DNA of 64,000 nt from Salinispira sp. (GCA_965602015.1 OZ271918.1:736001-800000), one strand, 5' to 3'. Shown: positions 8,150 through 18,921, numbered from the stretch's first letter. Notes: a model not told the origin generated them from the letters alone. Numbers and translations are program-made.

Positions 8150-10714
8150 ATGCCGGAATTCATGTATCAGCTAAACAGCGTGCCCATGTGGGTATACATC
8201 GGCGGAGCTGCGCTCATAGCGGCCATCCTTCTCGCAGTGGTAATCAGCGAGATTCTTAAAAGCCGGCGCTTCCGTCGGGAACTCGAATCGGCCCTGGAGA
8301 GCGGCGAAAATTTTAATCAGCTGTTCAGCAGCGCATATATCAAGGCGAAAAAACGTGCGCTTATCAAGATTGCCAGGGAGCGAAAGGATGCCAGGGTCAT
8401 ACGGCTTTCGGGTCTCAACAGCATTTGGCTCGCTCAGTTTCTCCAGCGCCCCCGGGAAGGGCTGTTGAGGCTCATGCTTGAGTTCATTCCCGAAGAAGTG
8501 CTGTTCCAAGCGCTGCAGGCTTCCCTGGGTAAAACATCGCTGCTGCGGCTGATCGGCGAATCGGCGGAGCAGCACGGTATGAGGGTCTTTGCCCGGTCGT
8601 GCAACGGCGACGAGTTTGACGGCGAGGCGAATCTCGAGTTCTTCCGGGATAAAATTGATGAGATCCGGGAGATTGCCGGCGACCCCGAGTGGCAGGCCCG
8701 GTACTACTCAATTTCTGTTCTCCTGAAGGACGGCTCGGACCGCTCCTTGAGGCCGGTCCTTGACGCCTTTTCCGATCCCCATCCGCTTATTCGCCGGACG
8801 GTAATTCTGCAGATCGGACAGGAAAAGGTCGACGATCTTTATCAGCGACTTGAGAGCTCGCTTATTCATGATGCGGCATTTGAGGTCCGCTCGGCGGCAT
8901 GGCAGCGCATTCAGCGGGAATTTCTCGATAGCTACCATGTAGACCTGTCCAAGATGAACAGCGTTGAGGCCTACCATGTTCTCGATTTCCTCGATGCCCG
9001 GCGGGACGATCATGTGAATTTGGCCATCGGCCTGCTGGAAGGATCGAACCTCGAACTGCGCCATCCCGCCGCCGTTTTTCTCGGCCATAGCGGCTGGCTA
9101 TTAAAAACCCTCAATGAGGCGGAACTCAATGATCAGAAAGATTTGGACCGCCGCCTGGCGCTATTGAGCGCATCCGCCGAAGTTCAGGTTTGCGATTTTC
9201 TGCTCCACACCGCTCCCCGGCCGGCGAGCATTCTGCTGTCACTGATGCTGCTGGAGAAATATGCGGACCGGAGCCAGATTCCCCCGCTGGTCGAACGGGC
9301 GTTTAACCAGTTCAATGGAGACGAGCATCGTATTTGGGAAGAGGCCGTCAGGCTTCTCAACCTCAGGGAAACCGACAGCGGCAACGCCCTGTTGATCAAG
9401 GAGCTGGACCGTCACCGGTACAACAGGAAAAAGGCCGCGTTTATCCTGAAGGAGCTGCGAATTGTCGAGGACCGGCGGATGGCCGAACTGCTTATGAGCC
9501 TTCTTATGGACGAGCGTTTTGAATCCCGGGACGAACTGGTGGAGGCCCTGAGCAGATTCAAGGTAGCCGTGACCCTACCGGAACTCAAGCAAATCCTCAA
9601 ATCCGGGCGGGAGGAGTACTCCCATATCATCAGGATTACCGCCCTACGGATAATCGCTTCCTACAAGCTACCCTACCTGGTTCAGATGATTCTCGAGCAA
9701 CTGCCCACCCTGCCCTTGGAGGAAGCCCGGGATTTCGCCAAAATCCTGCAGGAGTATTCGGGAAAAGATTTCTCCGAACGGGTTGACGATCTCATCGCTC
9801 AGCCCGACGGTAAAATCCGCTCTGCGGTCATCGCCTCAATTCCCCTGGATGAGAAAAAGCGGGTTATCAAGGAAATACGAAAGGCAATAAAGGATGCCGA
9901 ACCCGACGTGCGTATTGCCGCCGTATGGGCTCTTATCGAAGTTGAGGAAACCCGTACCATCAATCAAAGCCTCGATCTGCTCAGGGATCCGGTTTCCCGG
10001 GTCCGCGAAGCGGCAGCCAGGGCAATTGGAACCTACGGTTCTGATTCCAGCGTTGAAAGTCTGTTTGCCATTGTGAAGGATTCGAACGAGGTGCTCAGCG
10101 TGAAACGGGCGGGAATTGCCGGGCTGGGAGCGTCGGATTCACCGAAGGCACTGGAGCTTCTGGTAAGCCTGCTCGGCGACGTGGAAGACGATGATGAAAT
10201 TCTCGGCGATATTCAGAATGCCATTGCCTGGTCGCCGGATGCCAAGAGGATCGGCCTTCTCTTGGAGCATATGAAGGATGCGGAGGCCGATCTCAGGGAC
10301 CGAATCGTCAATATTTTTGTGATGCTCGGTCAGGACATCGAGTCAGCCGTCCGCGAACTCTTGGAAGAAGACCTGGCGACCCTCAAACCGTACTTGATAG
10401 AGATACTCGACCGGACGGGATTCATCGAGCTGATGATTCGGCGACTGAGCAACCGGGATCCGCGGATCAGGAGGGCCAGCGCCGATTTCCTGGCAAAGGT
10501 GGGGAGTCATTCCAGCTTCAGGGGAATTATTCTCGCCGCCAGGGATCCCGACGAGGAGGTCCGGGTTCAGGTGACCAAGGCCCTTGAGTATCTGCAGAGC
10601 AAGGAAGGGGTTGAAATCCTGGGCAAGCTCAAGGAGGATCCCGAGCGCCGGGTGCGCAAATATACCGCTTGGGCGATACAGCGCATCACCGCACGGGAAA
10701 TCGAGGACAAATAG
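8150..10714 (+). CDS. Membrane-anchored HEAT-repeat protein
   Basis: N-terminal hydrophobic segment; repeated DPxxxVRxxAxxAL units (DPHPLIRR, DAEPDVRIAAVWAL, DPVSRVREAAARAI, DPDEEVRVQVTKAL). Confidence 0.88.
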   Translation: MPEFMYQLNSVPMWVYIGGAALIAAILLAVVISEILKSRRFRRELESALESGENFNQLFSSAYIKAKKRALIKIARERKDARVIRLSGLNSIWLAQFLQRPREGLLRLMLEFIPEEVLFQALQASLGKTSLLRLIGESAEQHGMRVFARSCNGDEFDGEANLEFFRDKIDEIREIAGDPEWQARYYSISVLLKDGSDRSLRPVLDAFSDPHPLIRRTVILQIGQEKVDDLYQRLESSLIHDAAFEVRSAAWQRIQREFLDSYHVDLSKMNSVEAYHVLDFLDARRDDHVNLAIGLLEGSNLELRHPAAVFLGHSGWLLKTLNEAELNDQKDLDRRLALLSASAEVQVCDFLLHTAPRPASILLSLMLLEKYADRSQIPPLVERAFNQFNGDEHRIWEEAVRLLNLRETDSGNALLIKELDRHRYNRKKAAFILKELRIVEDRRMAELLMSLLMDERFESRDELVEALSRFKVAVTLPELKQILKSGREEYSHIIRITALRIIASYKLPYLVQMILEQLPTLPLEEARDFAKILQEYSGKDFSERVDDLIAQPDGKIRSAVIASIPLDEKKRVIKEIRKAIKDAEPDVRIAAVWALIEVEETRTINQSLDLLRDPVSRVREAAARAIGTYGSDSSVESLFAIVKDSNEVLSVKRAGIAGLGASDSPKALELLVSLLGDVEDDDEILGDIQNAIAWSPDAKRIGLLLEHMKDAEADLRDRIVNIFVMLGQDIESAVRELLEEDLATLKPYLIEILDRTGFIELMIRRLSNRDPRIRRASADFLAKVGSHSSFRGIILAARDPDEEVRVQVTKALEYLQSKEGVEILGKLKEDPERRVRKYTAWAIQRITAREIEDK

Positions 10715-10781
10715 CTTCCGCCGCCGGTCATTTCCCGCGGGATTAATGGCCCCGTCATTCACCGCTGCAGGTAAGTGGTGT

Positions 10782-12419
10782 ATGATGGAAGAAGATATGA
10801 GCGATGCGTTGAATCCGGATCCTCCCGCCGCCGATGAGGGCGGCGGGAATCCCGTACATAACCAAAAGGATATCCTGAGAAACCGCAGACATTTGAAGCG
10901 CGGCATTGCCGCGAATTCATTGATGAATTATATGCTCTATGATTTCTGGAAGTTGCGGAAGTACGGGCATCAGACCGGGCTCATAGAATCCCACCTGTTC
11001 TTTCGCCTCAGCATGGCTACGGGATTGGGAGAACGCCTCGAACGATCCATAAATCAGGAGATTGTCATCCCCCTGGCTGCCAGGCTCGACATCATTCTGG
11101 AACGGGGGTGGCTCTACCTCAATAAATGGGATTACAACCTCATCGCGCTTTTACGGAGTCTCTGCCGGGAAGTGGATAAAACCGGTTTTATGAAGCTGAA
11201 TGTTTCCTCCCGCAATGCCGCCGAGCTATTCCGCAATGTGGAGCCCCACTTTCTGGTGTTTTACCACAGGCCCCAAATTGTTAAGTCCCTTCTGGATATT
11301 CTCAGCTATGCCCACGACAACATGGAGCAGGTGAAGTTCGCGTACCGGGAAACCCGGATTCTGGTCGAACGCCTGCTGCTGTTCGGCGTCGCCCGTCCCT
11401 CGCTTGCCCAGGTCATCCTCTCGGCCAACATGGTAGTCAGCCGGCGGTACATAAGCATGACCGATCTCATCGAGAATGTGGAGGAACCGCTGATTTCCGA
11501 TCAGCATTACGATGTGGATGAGCGCATTCACGGGGAGATCTACCGATATCTCGACGATCTGGATAAAAAACTCGCGGCCCAATACGGCGGTTATCAGCAG
11601 ATGTCCGGCCTGCGGTATTTTTTTCCCCGTCTCGATTCCCAGACTCCGGACATCGGCGGCCTCCAAACCTTTCTCACCAGGAAAATAGGTCCGGAGCGAA
11701 AGACCGCCTATGCGGAAATGTATTCCAACCTGCCGAGCTATGTTATCGATTTCACCAATGCATGGATTAAGGCCTTCGAAACCCTCCTGTGCAGGCAGCC
11801 GCTGATCGAGCAGAAGGGGCCGGTTCACCTGTTTTCTCCCGCCCTGTTCTCCGATTATTTCAGCAAACTGAAGTACAACGTCGATCAGATCGAACGGCTT
11901 CGGACCCAGCTTCCCTTCTTTCAGATTCGCCGCTACCTCGACCTGACGAATAAGGGCGGGCGAAGCAGCTCCTACGGTGAAAAAGCGAACAAGGCCGAGA
12001 CTCAGCTTTTGAATTTCCTCGATGATAATATCAACCTGTTTAGAAGCCTCAAGGACATCCTGTACAGGCTGGCGGTGGGATTCGCCGCCGGCGGTGAGAA
12101 TCACAAAGACAACCGGATCGAGGGGGAGGATAACCGGGGGCTGCCGACGGGAAACCAGGAGATATTCCGATACGCCGAACGCAGAATCCTCGCCGACGGC
12201 TGGGTGAACGGCTTGACGGTAAAGGAAGCAGTCCGGAATGTTATCGTGCTCATCAATCTGTATCTTTACGAACTCCATGAAGATAACGTCGTAGCGGAAC
12301 TTGAAGACGAGACAAAGATGCGGGCCGTCATTTCCAATCTTATCCAGCTCGCCGAACGTATTGCCAATCCGGACCAGATTCAGCGGATCAGGCGTAAATA
12401 TCCCCTGGAGGAGAAGTAG
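10782..12419 (+). CDS. Hypothetical protein (helical-looking, soluble)
   Basis: Long ORF with gene-like composition, co-directional with its neighbours; start uncertain (ATG 10782/10785/10797). Confidence 0.75.
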   Translation: MMEEDMSDALNPDPPAADEGGGNPVHNQKDILRNRRHLKRGIAANSLMNYMLYDFWKLRKYGHQTGLIESHLFFRLSMATGLGERLERSINQEIVIPLAARLDIILERGWLYLNKWDYNLIALLRSLCREVDKTGFMKLNVSSRNAAELFRNVEPHFLVFYHRPQIVKSLLDILSYAHDNMEQVKFAYRETRILVERLLLFGVARPSLAQVILSANMVVSRRYISMTDLIENVEEPLISDQHYDVDERIHGEIYRYLDDLDKKLAAQYGGYQQMSGLRYFFPRLDSQTPDIGGLQTFLTRKIGPERKTAYAEMYSNLPSYVIDFTNAWIKAFETLLCRQPLIEQKGPVHLFSPALFSDYFSKLKYNVDQIERLRTQLPFFQIRRYLDLTNKGGRSSSYGEKANKAETQLLNFLDDNINLFRSLKDILYRLAVGFAAGGENHKDNRIEGEDNRGLPTGNQEIFRYAERRILADGWVNGLTVKEAVRNVIVLINLYLYELHEDNVVAELEDETKMRAVISNLIQLAERIANPDQIQRIRRKYPLEEK

Positions 12420-12432
12420 GATTGAAACAGTT

Positions 12433-13905
12433 ATGTCGGTCCTAAGTGTATTTGATCTGTTTATTCCCGGCGGCGGAGAGGGCGATGCCCGGCTGTTTGT
12501 TCTGCTGCGCAGCGCCCGGTGTTTCGGCGCCCTGTCCCGGAAATTCCTTGATGAAAAGTCCGACACCCATATCGACGCCCTGTCGGTTTTGGTTTATGTA
12601 ACCGGCGGTGTGGCATCGGCCGCGGGTCATGACCGGGTCCTCGAGCAGATCCGCCGCGGGCTGGAAGATAGCCGTCGTACAGACAGTTCTGTCTTTTCCC
12701 CGGATATCACCGTCAATTTCCGCCCGTCGGGGGTTGGCGAGAGCTATCCAAAGTCAATTGAGTACCGCCTGGTTGCCGACAGCAGGGAGCACGGGGAACG
12801 GCTGCTGATGTCCCGAAAATGGTTTGCTGTGGGGGGCGCTTTGCTGGTCGATGAAGCCGGAGAGCTGCTTTACCATGAGCCGATTGAGGATGACTCATCG
12901 CTTCCTTCCCGCCTCAAACCTCCGAAGCCTTTCGAGAGCCTTTCCGCCCTCGCTGAATATCTTCAGGATTCGCCGGGCATTGTGCCCCTGGCCTATCAGA
13001 ACGAAAGCGCAGTTCACGGCGAGCCGGGAATCCACTACCGCATTTCAGCCCTCTGTGATCTAGTTGAGGCGGATATTGAGCTGACGCTGCATAGCGGATC
13101 TTTAACTGAAGCGTCAGGCGGGCAGCCAAACCCGCCGCCGGCCGAATCGCCGGGTGAGCCTTCAGCCGCGCCGAAAACCGCGTCGTCCACCGTTTCTCTG
13201 GCCGCATCTCCAGGCGAAGCGACCGGCGAGCCTTCACCCGCGCAGAATACCGCTCCGGCCGCATCGCCAGGCGAAACGACCGGCCGGGATATCCTTTCCT
13301 TCCACAATCACCGGGTGCGCAGGCAAGGGAACAAGCACAGCATTATCCTTGCCCCGGGAAGCTGGTCTTCCTCGGTGATGTACCCGGTTCTATTTTTTTG
13401 CTGGCGGGACGGGCTCCTGGGGCCGGATCGGCGGAATAGCAGAGAGCATCAGCTCAGGCGCTTCGTGCTGGCCGCCGGAGCCGTGGGAATGGCCCTCGGC
13501 AAGGGGCAACTTCACAGCCATGTGCGCTGGGGCTGCACCGCCGAGTTGGGCATAGCCGCCGCAATGGCAGCCGCCGGGCTGGCGGCAATTTATGAGCTTT
13601 CTGATGCCAAGGTGCTGGCGGCGGTGCGGATGGCCTTGGCGCCTCACATCGGCCTCCCCTGCAGCTCCCGCGATGTAATCAACCCCTGCTCTGACCGGGC
13701 GGCGCAGGCAGCACTGGGCGCAATCGACTCGGTCAGTATTGTTCGGGAAAGCGACGATCCCGATCTGTCCTCACTGGAAAAGCAGGTATCCCTGCTGGAA
13801 TACAGTCTCAGGAGAATCAGACACGCAGCCGAGGATATGCGCGGCCGGATACGGGGCAACGGGGAAGCCGGCGACGGCGATGAATGGGGTGTTCCTGCCT
13901 GCTGA
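12433..13905 (+). CDS. Degenerate Fe-S L-serine dehydratase-like protein
   Basis: N-terminus SVFDLF; C-terminal GCTAELGIAAAMAAAGLA...HIGLPC...PCSDR matches the SdaA three-cysteine cluster region; GPSSSHT and TAPTNG motifs are absent. Confidence 0.7.
   Translation: MSVLSVFDLFIPGGGEGDARLFVLLRSARCFGALSRKFLDEKSDTHIDALSVLVYVTGGVASAAGHDRVLEQIRRGLEDSRRTDSSVFSPDITVNFRPSGVGESYPKSIEYRLVADSREHGERLLMSRKWFAVGGALLVDEAGELLYHEPIEDDSSLPSRLKPPKPFESLSALAEYLQDSPGIVPLAYQNESAVHGEPGIHYRISALCDLVEADIELTLHSGSLTEASGGQPNPPPAESPGEPSAAPKTASSTVSLAASPGEATGEPSPAQNTAPAASPGETTGRDILSFHNHRVRRQGNKHSIILAPGSWSSSVMYPVLFFCWRDGLLGPDRRNSREHQLRRFVLAAGAVGMALGKGQLHSHVRWGCTAELGIAAAMAAAGLAAIYELSDAKVLAAVRMALAPHIGLPCSSRDVINPCSDRAAQAALGAIDSVSIVRESDDPDLSSLEKQVSLLEYSLRRIRHAAEDMRGRIRGNGEAGDGDEWGVPAC
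13140..13285 (+). repeat. Imperfect in-frame tandem repeats encoding a Pro/Ala/Ser/Gly-rich insert
   Basis: Recurrent GCCGCATC.CCAGGCGAA.CGACCGGC and GGCGAGCCTTCA segments; peptide AESPGEPSAAP...AASPGEATGEPSPAQ...AASPGETTG. Confidence 0.55.
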
Positions 13906-13970
13906 ATAACTGCCGCCGATTGTGGTACGGTACAATGAGCTTGCAGCAATTTGCCAAACCTGGAGGATAT

Positions 13971-14348
13971 ATGAGTGATTATCAGCAATCCGGCGGAAGT
14001 CTGGACTGGAAATGGGTGTTTATCAGCATGGGGATTTATTTTGTCGCCCAGATAGTTGTGTCTCTGGTTTTCGGTGTTTTTACCGTTCTTACCTTCGGCC
14101 TCGGCTTTATTCTGTTCCTCGTTCTCAAGCCGGTTACGTATTTTATCGGAGGCTATATTACAGGACGTCTGAGTCCGGGGATTACCATACGCGAGCCGGC
14201 AATCGGCGCCGCTGCAGCATCTGTGGCCGGTGCGCTGTTCGACTCTTCACGGGTAATAGGTCCCCGCATCGTTGGGGTAATAATCGCGGCCTTGATTGCC
14301 TACTTCACGGCGCTCATCGGCGCCAGAATCGGTGAGGGAGGCGAATAG
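13971..14348 (+). CDS. Small integral membrane protein
   Basis: RBS GGAGG before ATG 13971; about 4 hydrophobic segments; abuts rph. Confidence 0.8.
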   Translation: MSDYQQSGGSLDWKWVFISMGIYFVAQIVVSLVFGVFTVLTFGLGFILFLVLKPVTYFIGGYITGRLSPGITIREPAIGAAAASVAGALFDSSRVIGPRIVGVIIAALIAYFTALIGARIGEGGE

Positions 14349-15053
14349 GTGAGGCCGGTAAGGATAACAAGGAATTACCTTCAGGCGCCGGCGGGTTCCT
14401 GTCTGGTGGAATTCGGCAACACCAAGGTCATCTGCAGCGCAACCCTGGAAGACAGCGTGCCGCCCTTTCTCAGGGGCAGCGGCAGCGGATGGGTGACCGC
14501 CGAGTATGCCATGCTCCCGGGAAGCACCGGGGGCGGCCGCAAGCGGAGGGAAATCGGCAAACGGGACGGCCGTTCGGTGGAAATCCAGCGTCTCATCGGA
14601 CGCTCGCTTCGGGCCGCCGCCGATATGAACGCCATGGGCGAGGCGAGCATCATTGTGGATTGCGATGTCATCCAGGCCGACGGCGGCACCCGAACTGCGG
14701 CGATTACCGGAGGCTGGGTTGCTCTTGTGGACGCCCTTGCGGTGCACGCCGAGGCTTCCTCAAAGGACCTTGCGGATATGCTCATCGGTCAGCTCGCGGC
14801 GGTCAGCGTGGGATTAATCGACGGCGAGGTTTACTGTGACCTTGATTATGCTCTGGACAGCCGGGCGGAAGTCGACATGAATGTGGTTATGCGCGGCGAT
14901 GAGCTGGTTGAAGTACAGGGAACCGGGGAACGCAATACCTTCAGCCGGAGTCAGCTCAATGAACTGCTGGACAGCGCTACTGAGGGAATTAAAGAACTGT
15001 ATCAGGTGCAGCGAGATGCCCTGGGGGACCTGCTTCCGGAGGACATACAATGA
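14349..15053 (+). CDS. rph: Ribonuclease PH
   Basis: [39 protein letters not shown] and EVQGTGE motifs. Confidence 0.97.
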   Translation: MRPVRITRNYLQAPAGSCLVEFGNTKVICSATLEDSVPPFLRGSGSGWVTAEYAMLPGSTGGGRKRREIGKRDGRSVEIQRLIGRSLRAAADMNAMGEASIIVDCDVIQADGGTRTAAITGGWVALVDALAVHAEASSKDLADMLIGQLAAVSVGLIDGEVYCDLDYALDSRAEVDMNVVMRGDELVEVQGTGERNTFSRSQLNELLDSATEGIKELYQVQRDALGDLLPEDIQ

Positions 15054-15475
15054 CCGCAAGGGAACGGGAGGAAGGTATAGAACTGGCCCCGGACTTCGAA
15101 AAACGGGGGGGCATTCTGCCCTGCGTTGTGCAGGATGCAAAATCCGGGGATATCCTTATGCTCGGCTATGTCAATCAACAAGCCCTGGAAAAAAGCATCA
15201 GCAGCCGGAAGGCGACCTTTTACAGCACCTCCCGCAATTGCCTGTGGACCAAGGGCGAAACCTCCGGGGACTTTCTCGAGATTAAGGATATCCTCGTGGA
15301 TTGCGACCAGGACTCATTGCTGTACCGGGTCGAAGTGCTGGGGGACGGGGTCTGTCATACCTACAGATCCGACGGCAGGCACCGTCATAGCTGTTTTTAC
15401 CGGAAAATTGCCCTCAATGAGGACGGCGGGCAGGCGGAGAATCTTGAGTTCACCGGGCAGCCTGACCAGCGATGA
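15050..15475 (+). CDS. hisI: Phosphoribosyl-AMP cyclohydrolase
   Basis: [20 protein letters not shown] and CHT...SCF zinc-binding motifs. Confidence 0.95.
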   Translation: MTAREREEGIELAPDFEKRGGILPCVVQDAKSGDILMLGYVNQQALEKSISSRKATFYSTSRNCLWTKGETSGDFLEIKDILVDCDQDSLLYRVEVLGDGVCHTYRSDGRHRHSCFYRKIALNEDGGQAENLEFTGQPDQR

Positions 15476-15476
15476 G

Positions 15477-16667
15477 TCAAAGAGGAGGTTGCCAGCCCCG
15501 GGTGAAAAGCGGTCCCAGGGGATCCTTCCACCGGGGGTTTTTGCTCGACATGTCCTCAAGATAGTAGGGCCGTTTCAGCGGTTCGCCCTCGGGCTCCATC
15601 ATCATGTGGATATAGTTCGATATCCATCGGGCGATTCTCAGCACCACCATTTTATGGCGCAATCGACCCTGCATGTCCCGGTTTAGAATTTGCGGGATGG
15701 TGCTGGTGGTGACGATCTCGTCGATGACCGGGCTGTTGAGTTTGATCCGCCCCTCCTGACTCGAGTAAAAATGGGTAACCACAAACACGATTCGCTCGGC
15801 TCCCGCTTCCCGCAACTTGGTGCAGGCCTTGACGATGGTTCCGCCGGTGCGGACCATGTCGTCGATGACCACCACATGTTTACCCCTGACGTCGTCAAAG
15901 CTGAGGTCCGATTCGGGATTTAATTCAATGCTTATTTGCCGTTCACCGCTTCGTTCTTTTTCGAGGATTAGCAGAGGTACCGAACTGTCCTCGAAATGAC
16001 CGTGAACCTCCCTGACGAATGCGGCGGCGCCTTTGTCCGGAGCGCACAGCACCAGTTTTTCCTGATCGACAATGTCCGATTCCTGGATATAGTTCGCAAA
16101 TACGTCGCTTGGCTGCAAGTTATGGAAATGCCCTGAAAAACGCTCCATAAAGAGCCGTTTCACGGAGTTCGAGTGATTGTGAATCGTGATGACCTCGTCT
16201 ACTCCGGATTCCTTGAGCAGATCGGCATAGAGCCTGCTGGAAAACGGCTGACCGTCGAACTTTTTGAAGTCCTTATCACCCCGATCAAAATCGACAAACC
16301 CGTGCTCCGGCCTGGGCCCCCGGTCCTGAGCGCTGTAAAACAGATCGGGTTCAAGCAGGATAACCCGTGCCGCCCCGTTATCCTTCGCCGCCCGGGCAAT
16401 GAGGAAATTCCTCATTGCGAGTTCGTCCCGGGCATGGATGGTCTGGGTTGTAGAGACGATAAGCACCGTCCGGTCTTTTAACTTGTTTCCGATCTCATCC
16501 CAGCTCTGTTCATCGACAATAAATCGTGGACAGAATTCGCTGTTGAGAAAGCTTTTCAGGGAAATCAGGTCGGAATAATGGGTGCTTTGGCCCATATGCT
16601 GGGCGATATCCGCGACGAAGGGATTGTCGGCAATGCTGCCGACGATGATGGGCTGCTGTAGGCTCAT
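15477..16667 (-). CDS. prs: Ribose-phosphate pyrophosphokinase
   Basis: YSAQDR, APDKGA and VVIDDMVRTGGT (PRPP-binding loop); start at ATG 16667. Confidence 0.88.
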   Translation of the reverse strand: MSLQQPIIVGSIADNPFVADIAQHMGQSTHYSDLISLKSFLNSEFCPRFIVDEQSWDEIGNKLKDRTVLIVSTTQTIHARDELAMRNFLIARAAKDNGAARVILLEPDLFYSAQDRGPRPEHGFVDFDRGDKDFKKFDGQPFSSRLYADLLKESGVDEVITIHNHSNSVKRLFMERFSGHFHNLQPSDVFANYIQESDIVDQEKLVLCAPDKGAAAFVREVHGHFEDSSVPLLILEKERSGERQISIELNPESDLSFDDVRGKHVVVIDDMVRTGGTIVKACTKLREAGAERIVFVVTHFYSSQEGRIKLNSPVIDEIVTTSTIPQILNRDMQGRLRHKMVVLRIARWISNYIHMMMEPEGEPLKRPYYLEDMSSKNPRWKDPLGPLFTRGWQPPL

Positions 16668-16874
16668 GTGAATTGTATAGTAGATATCGCCTGTTTGTTC
16701 AAGCAAGCCGGGTTTCCGGCGCTCTTCGTTGAGAACCGAGGGCAATTTTTGTATACTTACCCTAGTAGGTCAGCACGATCCGTTGGCAGCACAACAGAGA
16801 AGCCGGACGGGGTCTCCGGAAGCCTTGCCTCAGCTGCCGCCTCCGGGGAAAAGCGCATGAAGGAGAACTCCAAA

Positions 16875-17168
16875 ATGGATTCCATCATTATCGAGGTAGA
16901 TCCGGTGATCAAACCATTTGCCGGGAAATACCTCGGCGATACCCGTGACCTGCTGCCCCGGCTTCGGGAGCTTTACCGGTCAGCAGATGCGGATACCCTC
17001 CGGGAACTGGCTCACCGTTTAAAAGGCGAGGGCGGGACCTACGGATTTGACGAACTGTCCCGCCTGGGACGGGAACTGGAGTTGGTCTGCCAACCGTCGC
17101 GCTTGAGCGAGGTCCCCGCCATCCTCGACGCCATGCAGGACTATCTCGAAAGGGTAGTGATAACCTGA
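16875..17168 (+). CDS. Stand-alone Hpt (histidine phosphotransfer) domain protein
   Basis: LAHRLKGEGGTYGF motif; RBS AGGAG before ATG 16875 (alternative start 16857). Confidence 0.88.
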   Translation: MDSIIIEVDPVIKPFAGKYLGDTRDLLPRLRELYRSADADTLRELAHRLKGEGGTYGFDELSRLGRELELVCQPSRLSEVPAILDAMQDYLERVVIT

Positions 17169-17262
17169 TTGTGGTTCTTTCACCGCAAAAATACCCCACT
17201 TGCCACAGGGCTGCCTGCGGGGTAAGCTGGCCACATCTCATAATAGTTGCGGAGCTCAAGCC

Positions 17263-18921
17263 ATGAACAAGCAATCACCGGACAAATTCAAAGACCTGGT
17301 AATCTACCAGATTTATACCCGCAGCTTCAAAGATTCCAACGGCGACGGCATCGGTGATTTTAACGGAGTCATTGAGAAACTCGACTATCTGCAGTGGCTT
17401 GGCATCGATGTTGTGTGGCTGAGCCCATTTTGCGATTCGCCAAATGTGGACAACGGATATGATGTGTCGGATTACCGGAACGTCATGGGCGAGTTCGGCA
17501 CCCTCGAAGATTTGGACAGGCTCATAGAGGAAGCCCATCGCCGGGATATTCTGGTGATGATGGACCTGGTGATGAACCACAGCTCGAACCAGCATCCCTG
17601 GTTTCGCCAGCGCCCGGAATACTATTACTGGACCGATACCCCCAATAACTGGGACAGCTATTTCCACAACAGCGCCTGGACCTTCGACAAAGAGCGCGGG
17701 CAATACTACCTTCACCTTTTCTACCCTGAACAGCCCGACCTTAACTGGGAGAATCCCGAACTGCGCAGCGAGATGCATGATATCGCCAGGTTTTGGATTG
17801 AACGGGGCATCGACGCGTTCCGTATGGATGCCATCCATCACATCGGGAAACCAGAGGGCCTTCCCGATGCCCCTGAGAATAACCAGGAATGGCATTTTAA
17901 GAACTTCAAAAACACTCCCCGAACGCATCAGTATCTTCGGGAGCTTTACGATAAGGTCCTTGCGGGTACCCGGGTCTTCACCGTCGGCGAGACCGGCGGT
18001 ACCACGCCGAAAACCTCCCGGCTCTACGTAGACCGCAGCCGCCGGGAACTGGATATGATCTTTCTGTTCGATCATATCTGGAAGATGAACGACGATTTGA
18101 GAAATATCGGGCGGTTTATGAAGCCCCTGTATCGCCACCTCAGTCCCGAGGGCTGGAACAGCCTGTTTTTCGGCAATCACGATTTCGCCCGGCAACTAAC
18201 GATTTTCGGCGACGAAGCGTACCGAAGGGAATCCGCCACCGCCATCGCCACCCTGCTTCTTACCCTCTGGGGCACGCCCTTTATCTACCAGGGCGAGGAA
18301 ATCGGCATGACCAATGCCAATTTCCCCTCCATAGATGATTACGACTGCAAGGCCGCCAAACGGCATTACTTTGCGGCGCTGGAACGGGGAGTAGACAAGG
18401 ACCTGGCCTTCAAAGAGTTCAGCCGCCGCACCAGGGACAATTCCCGGACGCCGATGCAGTGGAACTCCGGCGGTGGCGCGGGGTTTTCCGACGCCAGACC
18501 CTGGCTCAAAATCAACGCAAATTATCCCCAGGTAAACGTGGAATCCCAGCGCGGAGTGCCCGGAAGCATTCTCGAACATTACCGCTATCTGCTCACATTG
18601 AGAAAGCATGCTGAAGTGCTGCGCCGCGGCGATCTTCGTTTCATCAGTTCCACCAGACGGCGTCCAGAGGTCCTGGTGTATCGACGGAGTATAAGAGGGG
18701 GAGCAACTGCGCTGATTGTGGCAAACCCCGCGTCTCAGTACGCAGTGCTTCGGCTGCCGGCCAGATACCGGAAAGGGTATTACCCGGTATACCGCAACCT
18801 GGATACGAGCCTGCTGGGCGATTCCCCTCTGGGCGACAGCAAAAACGCCGGTCCGGATTCACAGCCCGAAGCCTCCATGAGCCTTGCGCCTTGGGAGACC
18901 AGGGTGTATTTCAGAGCCTGA
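17263..18921 (+). CDS. GH13 alpha-glucosidase / oligo-1,6-glucosidase
   Basis: YQIYTRSFKDSNGDGIGD, DLVMNHSS, QPDLNW, FRMDAI, GET, NHD and YQGEEIGM motifs. Confidence 0.92.
   Translation: MNKQSPDKFKDLVIYQIYTRSFKDSNGDGIGDFNGVIEKLDYLQWLGIDVVWLSPFCDSPNVDNGYDVSDYRNVMGEFGTLEDLDRLIEEAHRRDILVMMDLVMNHSSNQHPWFRQRPEYYYWTDTPNNWDSYFHNSAWTFDKERGQYYLHLFYPEQPDLNWENPELRSEMHDIARFWIERGIDAFRMDAIHHIGKPEGLPDAPENNQEWHFKNFKNTPRTHQYLRELYDKVLAGTRVFTVGETGGTTPKTSRLYVDRSRRELDMIFLFDHIWKMNDDLRNIGRFMKPLYRHLSPEGWNSLFFGNHDFARQLTIFGDEAYRRESATAIATLLLTLWGTPFIYQGEEIGMTNANFPSIDDYDCKAAKRHYFAALERGVDKDLAFKEFSRRTRDNSRTPMQWNSGGGAGFSDARPWLKINANYPQVNVESQRGVPGSILEHYRYLLTLRKHAEVLRRGDLRFISSTRRRPEVLVYRRSIRGGATALIVANPASQYAVLRLPARYRKGYYPVYRNLDTSLLGDSPLGDSKNAGPDSQPEASMSLAPWETRVYFRA

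Noticed and set aside
8150..10714. Anti-phage defence system interpretation of the cyclase plus HEAT genes
   Set aside because: The cyclase is an ordinary GAF-PAS class III enzyme, and no effector (TIR, nuclease, cNMP-binding TM protein) or NTPase is recognisable.
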